A DNA stretch of 64,000 nucleotides from Octopus sinensis. Its lineage: Eukaryota. The DNA lies in NCBI RefSeq assembly GCF_006345805.1, contig NC_043008.1:46066001-46130000 (forward strand), read 5' to 3'. Below the pieces are notes generated by a model. It was given only the letters and a program-made list of their open reading frames with translations, was not told where the DNA came from and did no database searches. Positions 1 through 13,529 of the stretch are shown piece by piece (positions within the stretch are counted from its first letter, which is position 1; each line of letters starts with the position of its first letter). The position numbers were made by a program, and so were the translations under genes.

Positions 1-145
1 CGGAGCAATCTCAAGATTAATCAGCCGAAATTGCGAGGATGATCCGGTTCTTGACTGAAGATTAAAGGCTTCGAATGTCCCGTCCGTGTTTTTTGTATCG
101 TCTTCTAAACGTTTGGCGTTCTTGTCCCAGTTTGTATTTTTTTAC

Positions 146-176
<31 letters not shown>

Positions 177-252
177 GCGACGCCCGTACCCCTTTCGTCT
201 TATACGTAAGTACATATTTATATATATATATTTGTATATATATATGTGTGTG

Positions 253-283
<31 letters not shown>

Positions 284-2850
284 AACATATAGACTTTAGT
301 ACATCTTTCATATTCAACTAGAAATGTTTCTGTTCCATGTATACTTTCATCGTCAGTTCACACAAAAGTTCAAAGTGAAAATTTACATTCTTCTTGCGGT
401 TTTAGACATAAGAATGGCTCTTCCTCAGACCAACCTCAAAGGTGTGCTTTTACATCCTGTGCCCTTCCGATGTTTGTTATTTGCGTACGTCGAGAGGAAA
501 ACAAAAAGTAGATAAGAAAGTAAATAAAATTATGATTAGACTATGGGGGGGACATTATAAATGAAGTGAGAGAAGGAAAAGATGGAGGAGGAGGAGGAGG
601 AAGAGAAGTTTAAGGAAAAGAAGGAGGAGAAGAAAAAGAAGAAGAAGAAAAGTAAGAAGTAGAAGAAAGGGGAAGAGCAGGAGGATGAGGACCTTATATA
701 CACACACACATTTAAGTCAATATATGGCTTCAAGTAATCCGGGAATACCCATATAAAAACTCCTTGGTGTATCATTGCACAAACCATATAAGACTATATA
801 GATATATACAAGAGAAAAGGATAAGGCGTGTATAGATTTCTAAATGCCAGAAATATTTTGATGGATTATTCTTTAACAATGAAAACAAAATTCTAATATC
901 ACAACAAATTGTTTCGTAACTAAAAAGCATGTAAATAATTTGTATTATCATATTTAATAATAAATGAATGCAAAATACAAAGAATTCGTTCAAAGCAATG
1001 CAGAATATGTGCTGCGACGAAGCATTAATGCAGACAGACGTATGTAATTTATTATTAAATATATAATGCAAATCATTTGCATGTTTTTGAGTTACGAAAC
1101 AATTTCACCGATATTAGAGTTTTTTCTTGCTGTGAAATAAAAGTTCATCAAAATATTTCTGTCACATCTATGACTTTATATATATATATATATATTATAT
1201 ATATATATATATAATATATGCGTGTATGTGTGTATGTATATATGTGTGTATGTATATATGTGTGTATGTATATATGTGTGTATGTGTGTATGTGTGTATG
1301 TATGTATGTATGTATGTATGCATGCATGTATGTATACGTGAGTGGGCACGCGCGTTTGTATTTCACAAGCACCAACAAGTACGGTTTCTGTCACAAGTCC
1401 TAAAGTTTCCTACGTTGGTTACAATCAATAATATGAACGCCAGTTATTAAACTGTAACTATTTTACAAATCTCGGGAGAAAAGAAGATAAAGTTAACGCC
1501 GGACCCGGATTTGGAAATCAATACTTGAAGAAGATCCACCCAAGGAATATTGTTGGATACCGTCCTTCTTCTTTCATAATGTTTTAATGCTGATATTTTA
1601 AAACACGTAAAATCGAAAGAATAATTCGACGCATTTCTTGCTCAGCAAAATATGAAATGAAACACAGAGAGTAGTGAGATGGATGAGGTGATTGTATGTG
1701 TGATATGGGCAAAAGAGAGTAATGTTTAGTCCGAGTACTTCACTCAATTTTGCTCATTTCACGTAATGAGGTGATGCATAGCAGCTTGCTTTGCTAAATT
1801 TAGACATCAAGTTAGTTCGACGGAAAATATCCTTTCTCTGGAATGCGCTTCCGTTTATTAAATTCATCTTGCATATTAAATGTATGTCGGATTGAGCAAA
1901 TTGCCGAATTATCTTCATCTTTATGTCTTCTGTTCGAATCTCACTGAGAACAATTAATGTTTCAATCACTTGAGTTTCATTAAGCGACCTATGACTATGA
2001 TATAGTTGGCTGTATTCTTCCTCCTTCATCCAAGAAAGCTTTTCTGCTTCTGTGGAAGAAATCTTATATTTTCTCTATAAAAGGGTCATGGACTGTATTC
2101 GATGTTCGACCCTCCTTGTCTCTACAAATTCCTCACAGAATTCCTGAGATTTTGACTTCAGTTTACATCTCATGATTCTAGATTGATAAGATAAGCATCA
2201 AGCAGAAGTTGGATTGTGGTTCACAGTGCTAGAGGGAGGGGGGACTATGTAGAGTGCTAAACGTTAGGCGCGCAACCACACACACGCACAAAAAGAAAAG
2301 GCAGAGAGAGAGAAAATTAATAGAGACAGAAGGGGAGAAAGAGAAAGAGAGGGAGAGAGAGAAAGTACCATTAAACACGTAAAATTCAAAGAAAGCGTCA
2401 AAGAAAGAAATCTCGATAGATATTAATAATCTTCTCCAAGTTTCAACCTGTAACCAAGTTTATGTTCGTTGGTTACGCGAAACAAACTAAGCTAATAATA
2501 GACCTCGGCCGTCTGAAACAATATGTCTGGCAATCGTAAAATAAACGTTGCGTCTCTGTTGGTTGTCAGAGGACACACATATCGGAACACAATGCCGAGT
2601 GCCATGAGACATTTAACCAAGAAGAGACATTTTTAGAGTTGTTTTGGAAATTTGCAAACATCAGCTCGGTTAATCGACATCTTCATTGTGTAGCTCATTC
2701 ATAAGTAATGCTTGTATTCCTTATCGAGCCAAATTTCGATCACACACACACACCACCACCACCACCACAACACCACACTCATGTTCGTGTTGTAGTGTGT
2801 AAGGGTATGTGTGGGTGCGTATGGTGGGTGAGTTATGTTATAACAATATG

Positions 2851-2881
<31 letters not shown>

Positions 2882-2914
2882 ACATATACAAATTTACATA
2901 TATATATGTATATG

Positions 2915-2980
<66 letters not shown>

Positions 2981-3031
2981 CATATACATATATATCCCTC
3001 CTAGCGTGCGGCATTTATATATAATAATGCC

Positions 3032-3084
<53 letters not shown>

Positions 3085-3092
3085 GTGTGTGT

Positions 3093-3123
<31 letters not shown>

Positions 3124-3169
3124 TGTGTGTGTGTGTGTGTATGAATGTATGTATGCCTATGCACAGCGG

Positions 3170-3201
<32 letters not shown>

Positions 3202-3329
3202 AGAGGCATATATTGATATTTGAGTGTATATAATAATAGAAGTATAACTATCTCTACATTCTATATACATAAAAAAAGTTTGCGTAAATTGAGTCGGAGA
3301 AAGCAAAATAAACTCAGTACAGATAAGCG

Positions 3330-4670
3330 AGCTTAGCGCTCAAATGGCTGTGAACCTCTCCCTCCAATGCCAGCGTCTCACTATCAAAAGTTAGGCATAA
3401 GAGTAACACTTATCCAGCACTTTTGGACGTAGTAAGGTAAGTGAAGGCAGTTAGGCTTTCGACATATATTCGGATGGAGCACAAAATTTAGGTTCTAAAA
3501 TAAAGATTCAAATTATGTAAAATCATTTCTCCTCATTTGTTTCAAAGTGGTTATGGCTTAAGTAATATGCGCATGATGCCTTAGGTGTGCAACTAGTGAG
3601 AAGTCCAGGACGAAATTGCTAAATAAGTTAAGCCTCCCTCTCGAAAGTCGAGTGACAAATGCGAGTTATCTAGGGATGCTTACAAATATAAAGGTTCAAA
3701 AATGAGAGAATAGAGTTGCGGTTGGAGAGGGGGTTGTTAAGTGATGGGACGAGATGAAGATGCAGCTTCACAAAGACCAGAGATGAAGAAAATATAGTTA
3801 ATAGTCGGTCAAAGAAATGATTTTGTCCGTTAATATGGCGAGGTGTCAATGTAGACGTTCTCAGACAAGAACAGAGTTACGAATATCAGAGTCAATTGAT
3901 AGAGGGGAGTGGGGGAACATTAAGCTTTGATTTAAGGGAATGGGGGTAGTAGGAGAATAAAGTGCGCTAAGAAAAGAGAATTTTAGCGAAGATGAGAAGT
4001 AAGTATAATGATTTGCTATAATGAGCGAAGAACACAATAGCATTTATTTCTGAAAGAGAAAAGTAAAGTGGTCTCAATTTGGCGTAATATTGTGAACGAT
4101 TCGCGGCGACATAATTTACAAACATAAGCGCTGTAGGAGGTTCTGCCACAAAGTATAGACCAGGACAAGCTATGAGGTATGCGCTGGGTCTTGAAGTAGT
4201 GTATGTACAATGACTAGGGAAATATATCGTTCAGAGGACCAATTTGAGAAAGAGCTCAAGCGAGCAGAGTAGCGTTGCTTGAAGTCGATCCTGCCCTTTA
4301 CTTACTTATAGCACAAGCGATCTTCCTTTAAAGGACAGAGTTCTTTTTTCCTACTGGTAGACTTTCGCTCAGTAGGTAACCTATCCTGGTCAATATAATC
4401 GATTATCGTAGAGGTAGAGACACGGATGTTAGCGTCACTATTGTTGAGGTAGGAAGTGTTTGTCTGATCAGCGAGATCAATGATTATTATTGATAGGCGT
4501 TCTGATCGATTCCAGTTGTTGTGAATGGTATTTATAGCGGAGCCGACTCTGTTGAAACTTGGAAAATCATCACTTTGAAGGACAGTATAAGAATTTACAA
4601 CCTTAGAGCTAATGCTGGCTAATTTAGGGTGACACGACGAATCGAAATGAAGTGCGGTTTTCAATCACCT
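3330..4670 (-). mobile_element. Decayed non-LTR retrotransposon (I/Jockey-like) ORF2: APE endonuclease C-terminus plus RT N-terminus
   Basis: ORF 4302-4664 contains HNNW...LADQTNTSYLNN...STSTIIDYI, resembling the APE C-terminal half. Downstream minus frames give relics NNPLSNRNSI, QFRPG and YMSKA, similar to the NYRPISL, QFGFRPG and DMSKAFD RT motifs. Many stops; boundaries approximate. Confidence 0.55.
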
Positions 4671-4922
4671 CTAATAATATATGAGTCAATATGTGTCGTA
4701 TTTGCTTCATTGGAGTCACTTGTGTTGATTCTGCTAAACATCTTTCGCTCCACATCTACTGGCATCTGTTACATTGAAATCTCACGATTATTATGCTTGT
4801 AGAAACATTTTTGCATACATATGCACACGCATATATGTATGTATGTACGTATTTTTGTTTGTATGTATGTATGTGTGTGTGTGTGTGTATGTATGTATGT
4901 GTGTGTGTGTGTATGTATGTAT

Positions 4923-5290
4923 CAGGCGTGGCTGCGTGGTAAGCAGTATACTTCCCAACCACATGGTTTCGGGTTCAGTCCCTCTGCGTCACATTGGGCA
5001 AGTATCTTCTATTGTAATTTCGGGTGGACCAAAGTAAATGGATTTGGTAGACGGGAACTGAAAGTACTGCGTTGTATATATAAATGTGTATGTGTGTAGG
5101 GGGACTGTGTTTGACCCCCACCATCGATTGAAACCAGTGTTGGTGTATGTACGTCCCGTAACTTAACCGTTACGGCAAAGAGAACGATAGAATAAGTACC
5201 AATCTTAAAACAAATAAGCACTGGGGTCGATTCGTTCAAATAAAAATATCTTCAAGGCGATGCTCCAGCGTGGCCATAGTCTGAAAAGTA
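4923..5290 (+). mobile_element. tRNA-derived SINE, family A
   Basis: A-box-like TGGCTGCGTGGTAAG and B-box-like GGTTCAGTCCC, then body GGATTTGGTAGACGG...AATAAGTAC...GGGGTCGAT...GCTCCAGC shared with other copies in the window. Confidence 0.85.
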
Positions 5291-5489
5291 TTCAATACCG
5301 CATTAGGGGGTATAATTTCCTTATTTGTTTATTAAGACTACCATTGGATTCATGTTAACAAAAATATTCTAATATCTTAACAATTTTTCAAGCCCGACAC
5401 ACGAAGGAATGGTGTTCGTTTCCATTTTGGATAATGAAGTAAGCTTCTTACCACAGCGACTCTTGCGCGTATAATATATATATATATAT

Positions 5490-5490
<1 letters not shown>

Positions 5491-5551
<61 letters not shown>

Positions 5552-5619
5552 GGGGAGAGAAAGAGACAGACCGGCAGGCCGGCAGGCATGCAGGCAGACA
5601 GACAGATAGACAGAGAGAT

Positions 5620-5670
<51 letters not shown>

Positions 5671-5680
5671 AAGATAGATA
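5491..5680. repeat. Compound (GA)n/(GATA)n microsatellite
   Basis: Direct reading. Confidence 0.95.
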
Positions 5681-5682
5681 TA

Positions 5683-6105
5683 GGCGCAGGTGTAGCAGTG
5701 TTATAAGAAGGAAGCTTTCTTCCCAGCCACGTGACTCTAGGTTCAGTCCTACCGCGTGGCGCCTTGGTCAAGTGTCTTCTACTATAGCCTCGGGCTAACC
5801 AAAGCTTTGTCAGTGGATTTGGTAGGCGGAAACTGAAAGAAGCCCGTCGTATATGTGTGTGTGTGTGTGTGTACGAATATGTATATATCTTTGTTGTTGT
5901 TCCCCCACAACCGCTTCACAACCGTTGTTAGCGCATTTACGTCCCCGTTAACTAGTGGTTCTGCAAAAGAGACTGATAAACTAAGTACTAGGCTTAAAAA
6001 GTTGAGTCCTGATGTCGATTTGTTCCACTAAAACCCTTCAAGGTGATGTTCCAGTATGGCCGTAGTCAAATAGCTAAAACAAACAGATGAATAAAAGAAA
6101 AGAAT
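5683..6105 (+). mobile_element. tRNA-derived SINE, family A, near full length
   Basis: GGCGCAGGTG head, GGTTCAGTCC B-box, internal (TG)n, 3' end TCCAGTATGGCCGTAGTCAAATAGCTAAAAC...; colinear with 4923-5290 and with the inverse copy at 12655-13080. Confidence 0.88.
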
Positions 6106-6108
6106 ATA

Positions 6109-6162
<54 letters not shown>

Positions 6163-6593
6163 GAGAGAGAGAGAGAGATAAATGACACTTGTACACGCAC
6201 ACACGCACGTACATATATACAGCCCACAGTGTGTGTATTGATAGAGAATCGTAGTTTCGTATTCGCTGTCATATTCAATTCCCCATAATAAGCTGAAATA
6301 TATTTCATGACAACTTAACTGCTGCAACAGTGTTTCCCACGGCACCAGCAGAATTTTTGTTGTTTCTCTGTTTTTTAATGGTAAAGACTCACAGAATCAG
6401 TTCCGACTGACATCCTCCAACCTTTCGATATATTATTCAAAACTATGTCATCTGGCTTGGTCTCAACGACGCAGGCGCTCTCGTGAACGGCCCTTGCAAC
6501 AGCTTTGCAAATAAATACAATTCTTATAATATTACCCCACTTCTTTGCATATATTAAAGTCATTACAATATACTATATAACGCATACAGATAC

Positions 6594-6637
<44 letters not shown>

Positions 6638-6674
6638 GTATGTACGTATGTACGCATGCATGCATGCATATATG

Positions 6675-6739
<65 letters not shown>

Positions 6740-6742
<3 letters not shown>

Positions 6743-7262
6743 AGGTCACTTTCGAGTGCTACTGGTAACATGTAACCCAGTACAACCTGTTGCATGGCCG
6801 GGTCGTCGGCGACTAAACCGGCAACCCCACCATGCTAGCTTGGTGAGGAGTGTGTTTATTGGACACCCTGCGAGATGAAAAACAAAATCCGTCGAAGATC
6901 CGAGGAACTCTTGAGATTTCAACGGCCATCTAATAAATGTCTTAAGGCTTTATCTTGCGCGGGGACATAGAAATAATCGGACTGAATACCCGATCGCGCG
7001 GTTAAACCATTGGGAGTGAAGGACTCCTAGCCTTTGTTAGAGCATCCTTCTAGGAGAAGGTAACTCAGGTAACTGGGATAACTCCGACAAAGAAACTGCG
7101 GCTCAGTGGTTACCGATGATGTTGACTTGTTCTTCTTTTCGGATTATGGCTGCTGTTGCTTTCCTCACTTTAAAAAAATCTTCTTGCACAGGCATTGCAC
7201 GATAACAACATTGATTAAGCTTCGCACAATGACCATACTCGATAAGAAGGGGGCAGCCACCA
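6740..7262 (+). mobile_element. Probable 5' region (structured UTR) of an RTE-like retrotransposon inserted in (TA)n
   Basis: GC-richer block between TA tracts with several stable hairpins. CTTCTAGGAGAAGGTAACTC resembles the CTAGGAGAAGGAAAACTC motif common in RTE 5' UTRs (from recall). Confidence 0.45.
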
Positions 7263-7306
7263 TATATATATATATATATGTACGTACGTATGTATGTATG
7301 TATATA

Positions 7307-7342
<36 letters not shown>

Positions 7343-7416
7343 TGTATGTATGTATGTATGTATGTATGTATGTATGTATGTATGTATGTATGTATGTATG
7401 TATGTGTGTGTGTGTA

Positions 7417-7631
7417 CGAGGTGTTGCAGAAAAGTTCCTGGCTTTGGTTAAAAGAAAATAAAGGAGGATCTGTTAATTACGATTTCATTCAACATATTTC
7501 TGTCTCAGATTCACACACTTTTCGCAGCGGTTCTTCAGTTTTTCTAGACTCTGAAAAAGAAGGTGGTAGGTTGGGCTTCCAGCCAGGCGTTTCGCAATAA
7601 CCTAAAAGCCAAGAACTTTTCAGCACTCCTT
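7417..7631. mobile_element. Tc1/mariner-derived MITE
   Basis: Imperfect TIRs (...GAAAAGTTCCTGGCTTT / AAAGCCAAGAACTTTTC...) flanked by TA at 7415-7416 and 7632-7633; no ORF. Confidence 0.75.
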
Positions 7632-7881
7632 TATGTGTGTGTGGTGTGTGTGTGTGTGTGTGTGTGTGTGGGGGGGGGGGGGAGAGAGTGAGAGAGAGTG
7701 ATAGATAGATAGACAGATAGATAGTTAGAAATGTATATGTGTGTATGCATATATATATATATATAATATATATGTATATATAAACATATATATTTATATA
7801 TATATATAAATATATACATATATATAAATATATACATATATATACACACACACATATATATATGTATATGTATATATATAT

Positions 7882-7915
<34 letters not shown>

Positions 7916-9149
7916 ATTATATATATATATATGTGTATGTGTGTGTGCGTGTGTGTATGTACTTGTATATGTATGTTGAAAGAGCGGAAGTGTAAGAGAA
8001 AAGTTGCCTTTGATATAATCTCGAAGAAGGCCTCTTTCATATTGTACTCATACATCTATATCAAGTTGTTTCGCAAGTTCGCTCTCATGAGGCCATAGAT
8101 ACATATATAACACCACTGAGTTCTGAATTTTTCAGGCCAGTTAAAGTCTGACTTTAGAGTCAAGGTCACCATCAACAAGTAGAGCTCGGGGAAGTGGATG
8201 TGTTTGTCTTTCTGGCGTATACTATGTTGATAATCTGCTAAGACGCAAAATATTACTGCAGGTTCGTGTCAGTCTAGACTCGTTTCTTACTTCATTCCGC
8301 CTCTGTCAAATGCTCCAGGAGATCCAAGTAATATTTACCGTCTGATCACTCATAACAAATGAATTATGAATGATAAAACTTTCTCAATCAGAAAAGATTA
8401 TCAACATCATCTTCAACAACATTGAAGTGCAGCTGTTGGTCTCGCACCTCGTTATAACGACAATGATTTTGTTTCGACAACTTAAATCGGCATTTGGATC
8501 ACAGTTAAAAAGCGGATGCTACCTTTTCACTAAGGGGTTATCATATTTGAGCAACCAAACTGCTCCTGACTGAACACGACGCCTATTCACTCTCTCCCCA
8601 AAATATCGACCGTCTGGAATTTTTCTTCTTTTATTTCTTTTTGTTTTCCTTCTTGTAGCTAAACACTTTCGCTTGTTAAGAAAAACATGAATCTCTTTAA
8701 ATCCATTTGGTCCCAAAAAGCCTGTAAGTGGCATGCAACACAACCCCTTTCATCGGACCCAACCAATGAACTAAAAGCCCATTTCCGGCTCACGTTTATG
8801 TGCGCTGTTCGTAGACCGTTCACAGAATCCTTATGAACATTGCATTCGATCGACTCGTCTCACATTATGTCCACATTAATTGATACATGTTAATACGCCA
8901 CGCTAAAATCTAATAAATATGATAGTTTAGGCACCTGCAAGTCATGAGCACTTCGTAATCAGGTGAAAGTCTGATTTGAGGCGGAGAGGAAAATCGTATC
9001 CATAGACTCGACTGAATCCCAAAGTGATGAATCTAATATTGATTCTGAACTTAAAGATTAATATTCATACAATAAAATATGTTCCGCCTTATTAACAAAG
9101 CTGTGGATGATAATTATTTCAAATTTTTACCAGCTTGTGGAAGGTGAGG

Positions 9150-9300
9150 ATGAGTCTATTACATCAACCCCAGTGTTCACCTGGTACTTATTTTATTGAC
9201 CCCGAAAGGATGAAAGCAAAGTCGACCTCAGTGAAATTTGAACTCAGTACGTAGCGATGGGCGAAATACCATCAACTATAGTCTTGTGCCTATAGTAGAA
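9150..9300 (-). mobile_element. SINE family B fragment
   Basis: CTGGTACTTATTTTATTGACCCCGAAAGGATGAAAG...GTCGACCTC...TTTGAACTCAG, the reverse complement of the family B core. Confidence 0.8.
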
Positions 9301-9304
9301 AGTA

Positions 9305-10055
9305 TTGTTACTGCTGGTTTCGGGCCTTTATTCAGGGGCTGGATCGCTGCAATGCACAGCGACATCTGTTCAGTGGTCAGAGTGGTCTCAAAGCCATTCA
9401 AAATCATGCATTCGGTCCTGCAAGGTTGCCCCATCTCGTCCCTCTTGTATGTACTGACTCTCGAGCCACTGTTACACAAACTGGATGCGTTGACAGGCAT
9501 CTCGCCTGACCCAGGATGTGAGAGATGCGTGTCAACATATGCCGACGATGTCACCGTAGTGGCGTCGGATCATAAACATAGAAATGATCAGTACCGCTCT
9601 CGGGGACTACGAGGCGGTTTCAGGAGCGATGGTTAACCAGGAAAATCCAGTAGGCTTGCAGCTTGGCAACTGGAGAAGCAAGTCCATGCCGTCAACTGCA
9701 TCGTTGGGCGCTGGATGGACGGACTGGTTAAATTGCTCGGAGTTTGGTTTGGTCCAGACCTCCAGATGGGCAAAAACTGGGACAAAGTAACGAGCAGGGT
9801 GACTACTCTCACCCAGAATTGGGACGAGAGAAAGCTATCCCTGAAAGGTCGGGCAGAGGTGGCGTATATCGCGTCCGTCAACTATTATCGCTTGGCTTTC
9901 GTGCTTTGTCCTGGCCACCGTCTGATTACGCTGGAGTGTACACTCTTCCGCTTCTTGCGGAAGGGACACGTCCCGATGGTCGGGTGGTCTGTTGTCAACA
10001 CTCGCTAAGTGGTGGCCTGGGCATGCCGTGGTTGATGATGTGCAGACATGCGGCT
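9305..10055 (+). mobile_element. Tx1/L1-clade LINE reverse transcriptase fragment (frameshifted)
   Basis: QGCPISSLLYVLTLEPL, YADDVTV, YEAVSGAMVN, KLLGVWFG...NW, RKLSLKGR and GGLGMP across four frames. Confidence 0.9.
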
Positions 10056-10247
10056 GACATTTCCATTTCATCCTTTTTTGTCTCGGGAACGATTAAAATA
10101 AATATCAGTTGAACTGCGGGTCGGTGTAATAGACTATCTCCCTCTCACCCCAAATATATAAAACCAAAAAATACAGAAGAAAGAAAAAAATGGCAATAAA
10201 ATCAGTTTCAGGCGTTATAGCAGAAAGAATTATAAAAAAAAAGCATT

Positions 10248-10462
10248 GAGCTGGCAGAAACGTTAGCACGCCAGATAAAATGCTTTGTCGTAAATATCAT
10301 CATTGAATCATAATTATGTCCATTCTTATTCCGATGAGGTCGACTTTGCCTTTCATCCTTTCAGAGTCGATAAAAATAAGTAACAGTCGAGCCCTGGTGT
10401 CCATGTAATCGATTAGTCCACTCTCCTGAAATTTCAGGCCTTGTGCCTATAGCAGAACGGAT
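10248..10462 (+). mobile_element. SINE family B (interrupted or truncated)
   Basis: GAGCTGGCAGAAACGTTAGCACGCC head; GAGGTCGACTTTGCCTTTCATCCTTTC core; TGTCCATTCTTA duplicated on both sides of the core part. Confidence 0.8.
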
Positions 10463-11105
10463 TATTGTGTCCATTCTTAGTAATTGACCTCTTAAAAGAG
10501 AGTAGAGTGGATTGGAGATGTAGAAGAGGAAATATTGGATCGCATCGATTAAGGATCGTCACTGTTATTGAACCAACTCACCAAGTCGATACTAACAGAA
10601 TTTGAACACTCCTCCTTTATATTGTCGACTAATACATTACAAAAATTGAGAAAATACAACGTTAACAATATTTAGAATGTCTTTGTTCCTATTCATTACG
10701 TTTACGTTCCTGTAAAGTTCATATATTTTACAAATATATACTCGTTAACCAATATGACGTGATGTTGTTATGTGTTCTAGTAATATTCGTTAAGTGTTGT
10801 TATGCTTGTTATTATTAATTAATTTGTGTTTCTCTGTATATATTAAACCATGGCTTCTAGTGAGATTATCCTCTGATTGTTGTGTATTATTTTAGTTGCT
10901 ATCGTTTTGGTGTGTGAATATACATGCAAGCGTTTGCGAAACGTTATGGTTAGATATATATATATATTATATATATATATATTATATATATATATATATA
11001 TGTATATGTGTGTGTGTGGTGTATGTATGTAGATTTATATGTATAGATATATAGATATATATACATACATGCATACATATATATATATTATATATATATA
11101 TATAA

Positions 11106-11138
<33 letters not shown>

Positions 11139-11295
11139 CATGTATGTATGTAGATATATATGTATATATATACATATATCTATACATACATACATATATG
11201 TGTGTGTGTAAGTATGTATGTATGTATACGAATATCGAATCTTGTGTGTGCGTGTGGTGTTGTAGTGTTTTATATGACATCTGACAAGTACTTAC

Positions 11296-11403
11296 AAGTT
11301 GTTGATGGAAAGAGATCTCAGCTAGTGTTGCTCCCAGCCGCTCCACTGGTGCTTCTGCCAGGCAAGCCTGACAAAACGTCGCCGACGCCAACAACCAGCA
11401 ACG
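11296..11403 (-). other. Candidate internal exon of an unidentified host gene (108 nt)
   Basis: Minus-strand acceptor GTGTTTGTTTTGATTTTCAG and donor GTAAGTAC. GC-rich island in AT-rich DNA, length a multiple of 3, open in phase 0 (RCWLLASATFCQACLAEAPVERLGATLAEISFHQQL). Confidence 0.45.
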
Positions 11404-12016
11404 CTGAAAATCAAAACAAACACTCCCCCTCCCCTCCAAAAAATACCCCCCACCCCCCAAAAAAATTAAAACAGAAATAGTAAAAAAATTATCCGAGAAA
11501 CAGCGTATAATAAATAAATAATTAAAACAAATAAAGAGATAAATTTAATAAAATTAATCAACAATTTACGAAAGGAAGTTTGATAAGTGAGAATCTTAAT
11601 AACTTGTCTCTTACCTCATACCTCTTCCCTCTCCTCCTTTACTTCACAACCTCCTCCCTCACCCTTCAATCCCCTCTTACTTCCCCTTCTTTCTGTTCCA
11701 CTTTCATCTCTCCTCCTCCTCCTCCTTACCATTCCTTCTTCCCCTCAGCCCTTCTCTCCTCTTTCCTCTCCTCATCACTACCTCACTCATATTTCTTTCC
11801 TGCCTCTCAAACTTTTACTTCTTTATTTTCTTCAGCTTTTTGATTGGGAGTGGGAGGAGGAATTTCCTTTCACAACAGGCTTACCCCCCCACCCAATTCC
11901 TCATCCCTTCCTGACGACTTCCTCTTGCCTTCCCCCCTCTCTCTCCTATATTCATTCACGACTTCATACACACTACTACACACACCGACGTCTACACCCT
12001 TACTATATACAGCCTG

Positions 12017-12250
12017 AGGGCGGCGAGCTGGCAGAGTTGTTAGCACGCTGGGCGAAATGCTGACCGATATTTCATCTGCAGTTACGTTCTGAGTTCAAAT
12101 TCCGCAGAGGTCGACTTTGCCTTTTATCCTTTCGGGGTCGATAAATTAAGTAGCAGTTGCGCGCTGGTGTCGATGTAATCGACTTAATCCCTTTGTCTGT
12201 CCTTGTTTGTCAGCCTCTGTGTTTAGCCCCTTGTGGGTAGTAAAGAAATA
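12017..12250 (+). mobile_element. tRNA-derived SINE family B, full length
   Basis: GGCGGCGAGCTGGCAGA head, GAGTTCAAATTCC B-box, GGTCGACTTTGCCTTTTATCCTTTCGGGGTCGATAAATTAAGTA core (resembles the Meta/MESC-type SINE central domain), tail GTGGGTAGTAAAGAAAT. Confidence 0.88.
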
Positions 12251-12419
12251 AATATATATATACATCCTGAGGAACAGAGCCCTACTCACATACATACAAC
12301 CCCCCCACAACACACATATATACACAAACACACACACACACGCACAAAGTGAACCATACACACCCTCACACAAATACACCATCATACATACGTGTGCGTG
12401 CCATAAATATATATATATA

Positions 12420-12893
12420 TTCTTTTACTTCTTTCAGTCATTTGACTACGGCCATGCTGGAGCACCGCATTTATTCGAAAAATCGACCCCGGGACTCATT
12501 CATTGTAAGCCAAGTACTTATTCTATCGGTCAGTTTTGCCGAACCGCTACCTTACGCGGACGTAAACACACCAACATCGATTGTCAAGCGATGGTTTGTG
12601 GGTGGGACAAACACACACACACGTATTCTTACCTCACACCGACAGCTATATGCTTATTCTTTTATTCTTTTACTTGTTTCAGCCATTTGACTGCGACCAT
12701 ACTGGAGCGCCGTCTTTGGGGGTTTTTTAATCGAAGAAATCTACCCCAAGACTTATTCTTTGTAAGCCCAATACTTATTCTGTCACATGACGAACCGCTA
12801 AGTTACGGGGCAATAAACACACACATCGGTTGTCAAGCGATGGCGATGGGAGGACACAAACATAAATACACATATAGATAAACAAACACACAG

Positions 12894-12938
<45 letters not shown>

Positions 12939-13440
12939 TATTACGACGGGCTTCTTTCACTTTCCGCCTACCAAATCCACTCACAAGGCGATTTGGTCGG
13001 CCCGAGACTATAGAAGACACTTGGCCAAGGTGCCATGCAGTGGGACTGAACCCGGAACCATGTGGTTAAGAAGCAAGCTTTAAACTGCGACCATGCGGGA
13101 GCAACACCTTGAAGAATTTTAGTCGAACGAATTGATCCCATTTATTTTAATTCTTTTTCTTTTTTTGTGTGTTTGTTTGTCTCTTACTTATTTAATCGGG
13201 ACATTTTTCCCGAACCGCTTTTTACGGGAGACAAACACAGACAGAAAACACACACACACAAACATATATCAATATAATGGGTTCCTTTCCGTTTCCTCTT
13301 ACACGCGTTTGATCGGCCCGACACTACTTACCACACAGCCACGCAGGTGCCTATTTGATATATATACATAAGTAAAGGCGGTGCTCCAGCATGGCCGCAG
13401 TCAAATGACTGAAACAAGTAAAAGAGTAAAAGAGTAATAT
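12420..13440 (-). mobile_element. Cluster of family A SINEs (3' part 12420-12612, full copy 12655-13080, partial 13080-13345, plus-strand tail 13375-13437)
   Basis: Repeated TTTCAGTCATTTGACTGCGGCCATGCTGGAGC-like ends and GGGACTGAACCCGGAACCATGTGG head on the minus strand. Confidence 0.82.
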
Positions 13441-13444
13441 ATAT

Positions 13445-13478
<34 letters not shown>

Positions 13479-13529
13479 AAAGGGCTTAGTATATATATAT
13501 ATATATTATATATATATATATATATATAT

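Noticed and set aside
6393-6502. Second minus-strand exon candidate (GTGAGT donor)
   Set aside because: Only weak AAG acceptors and no recognisable peptide.
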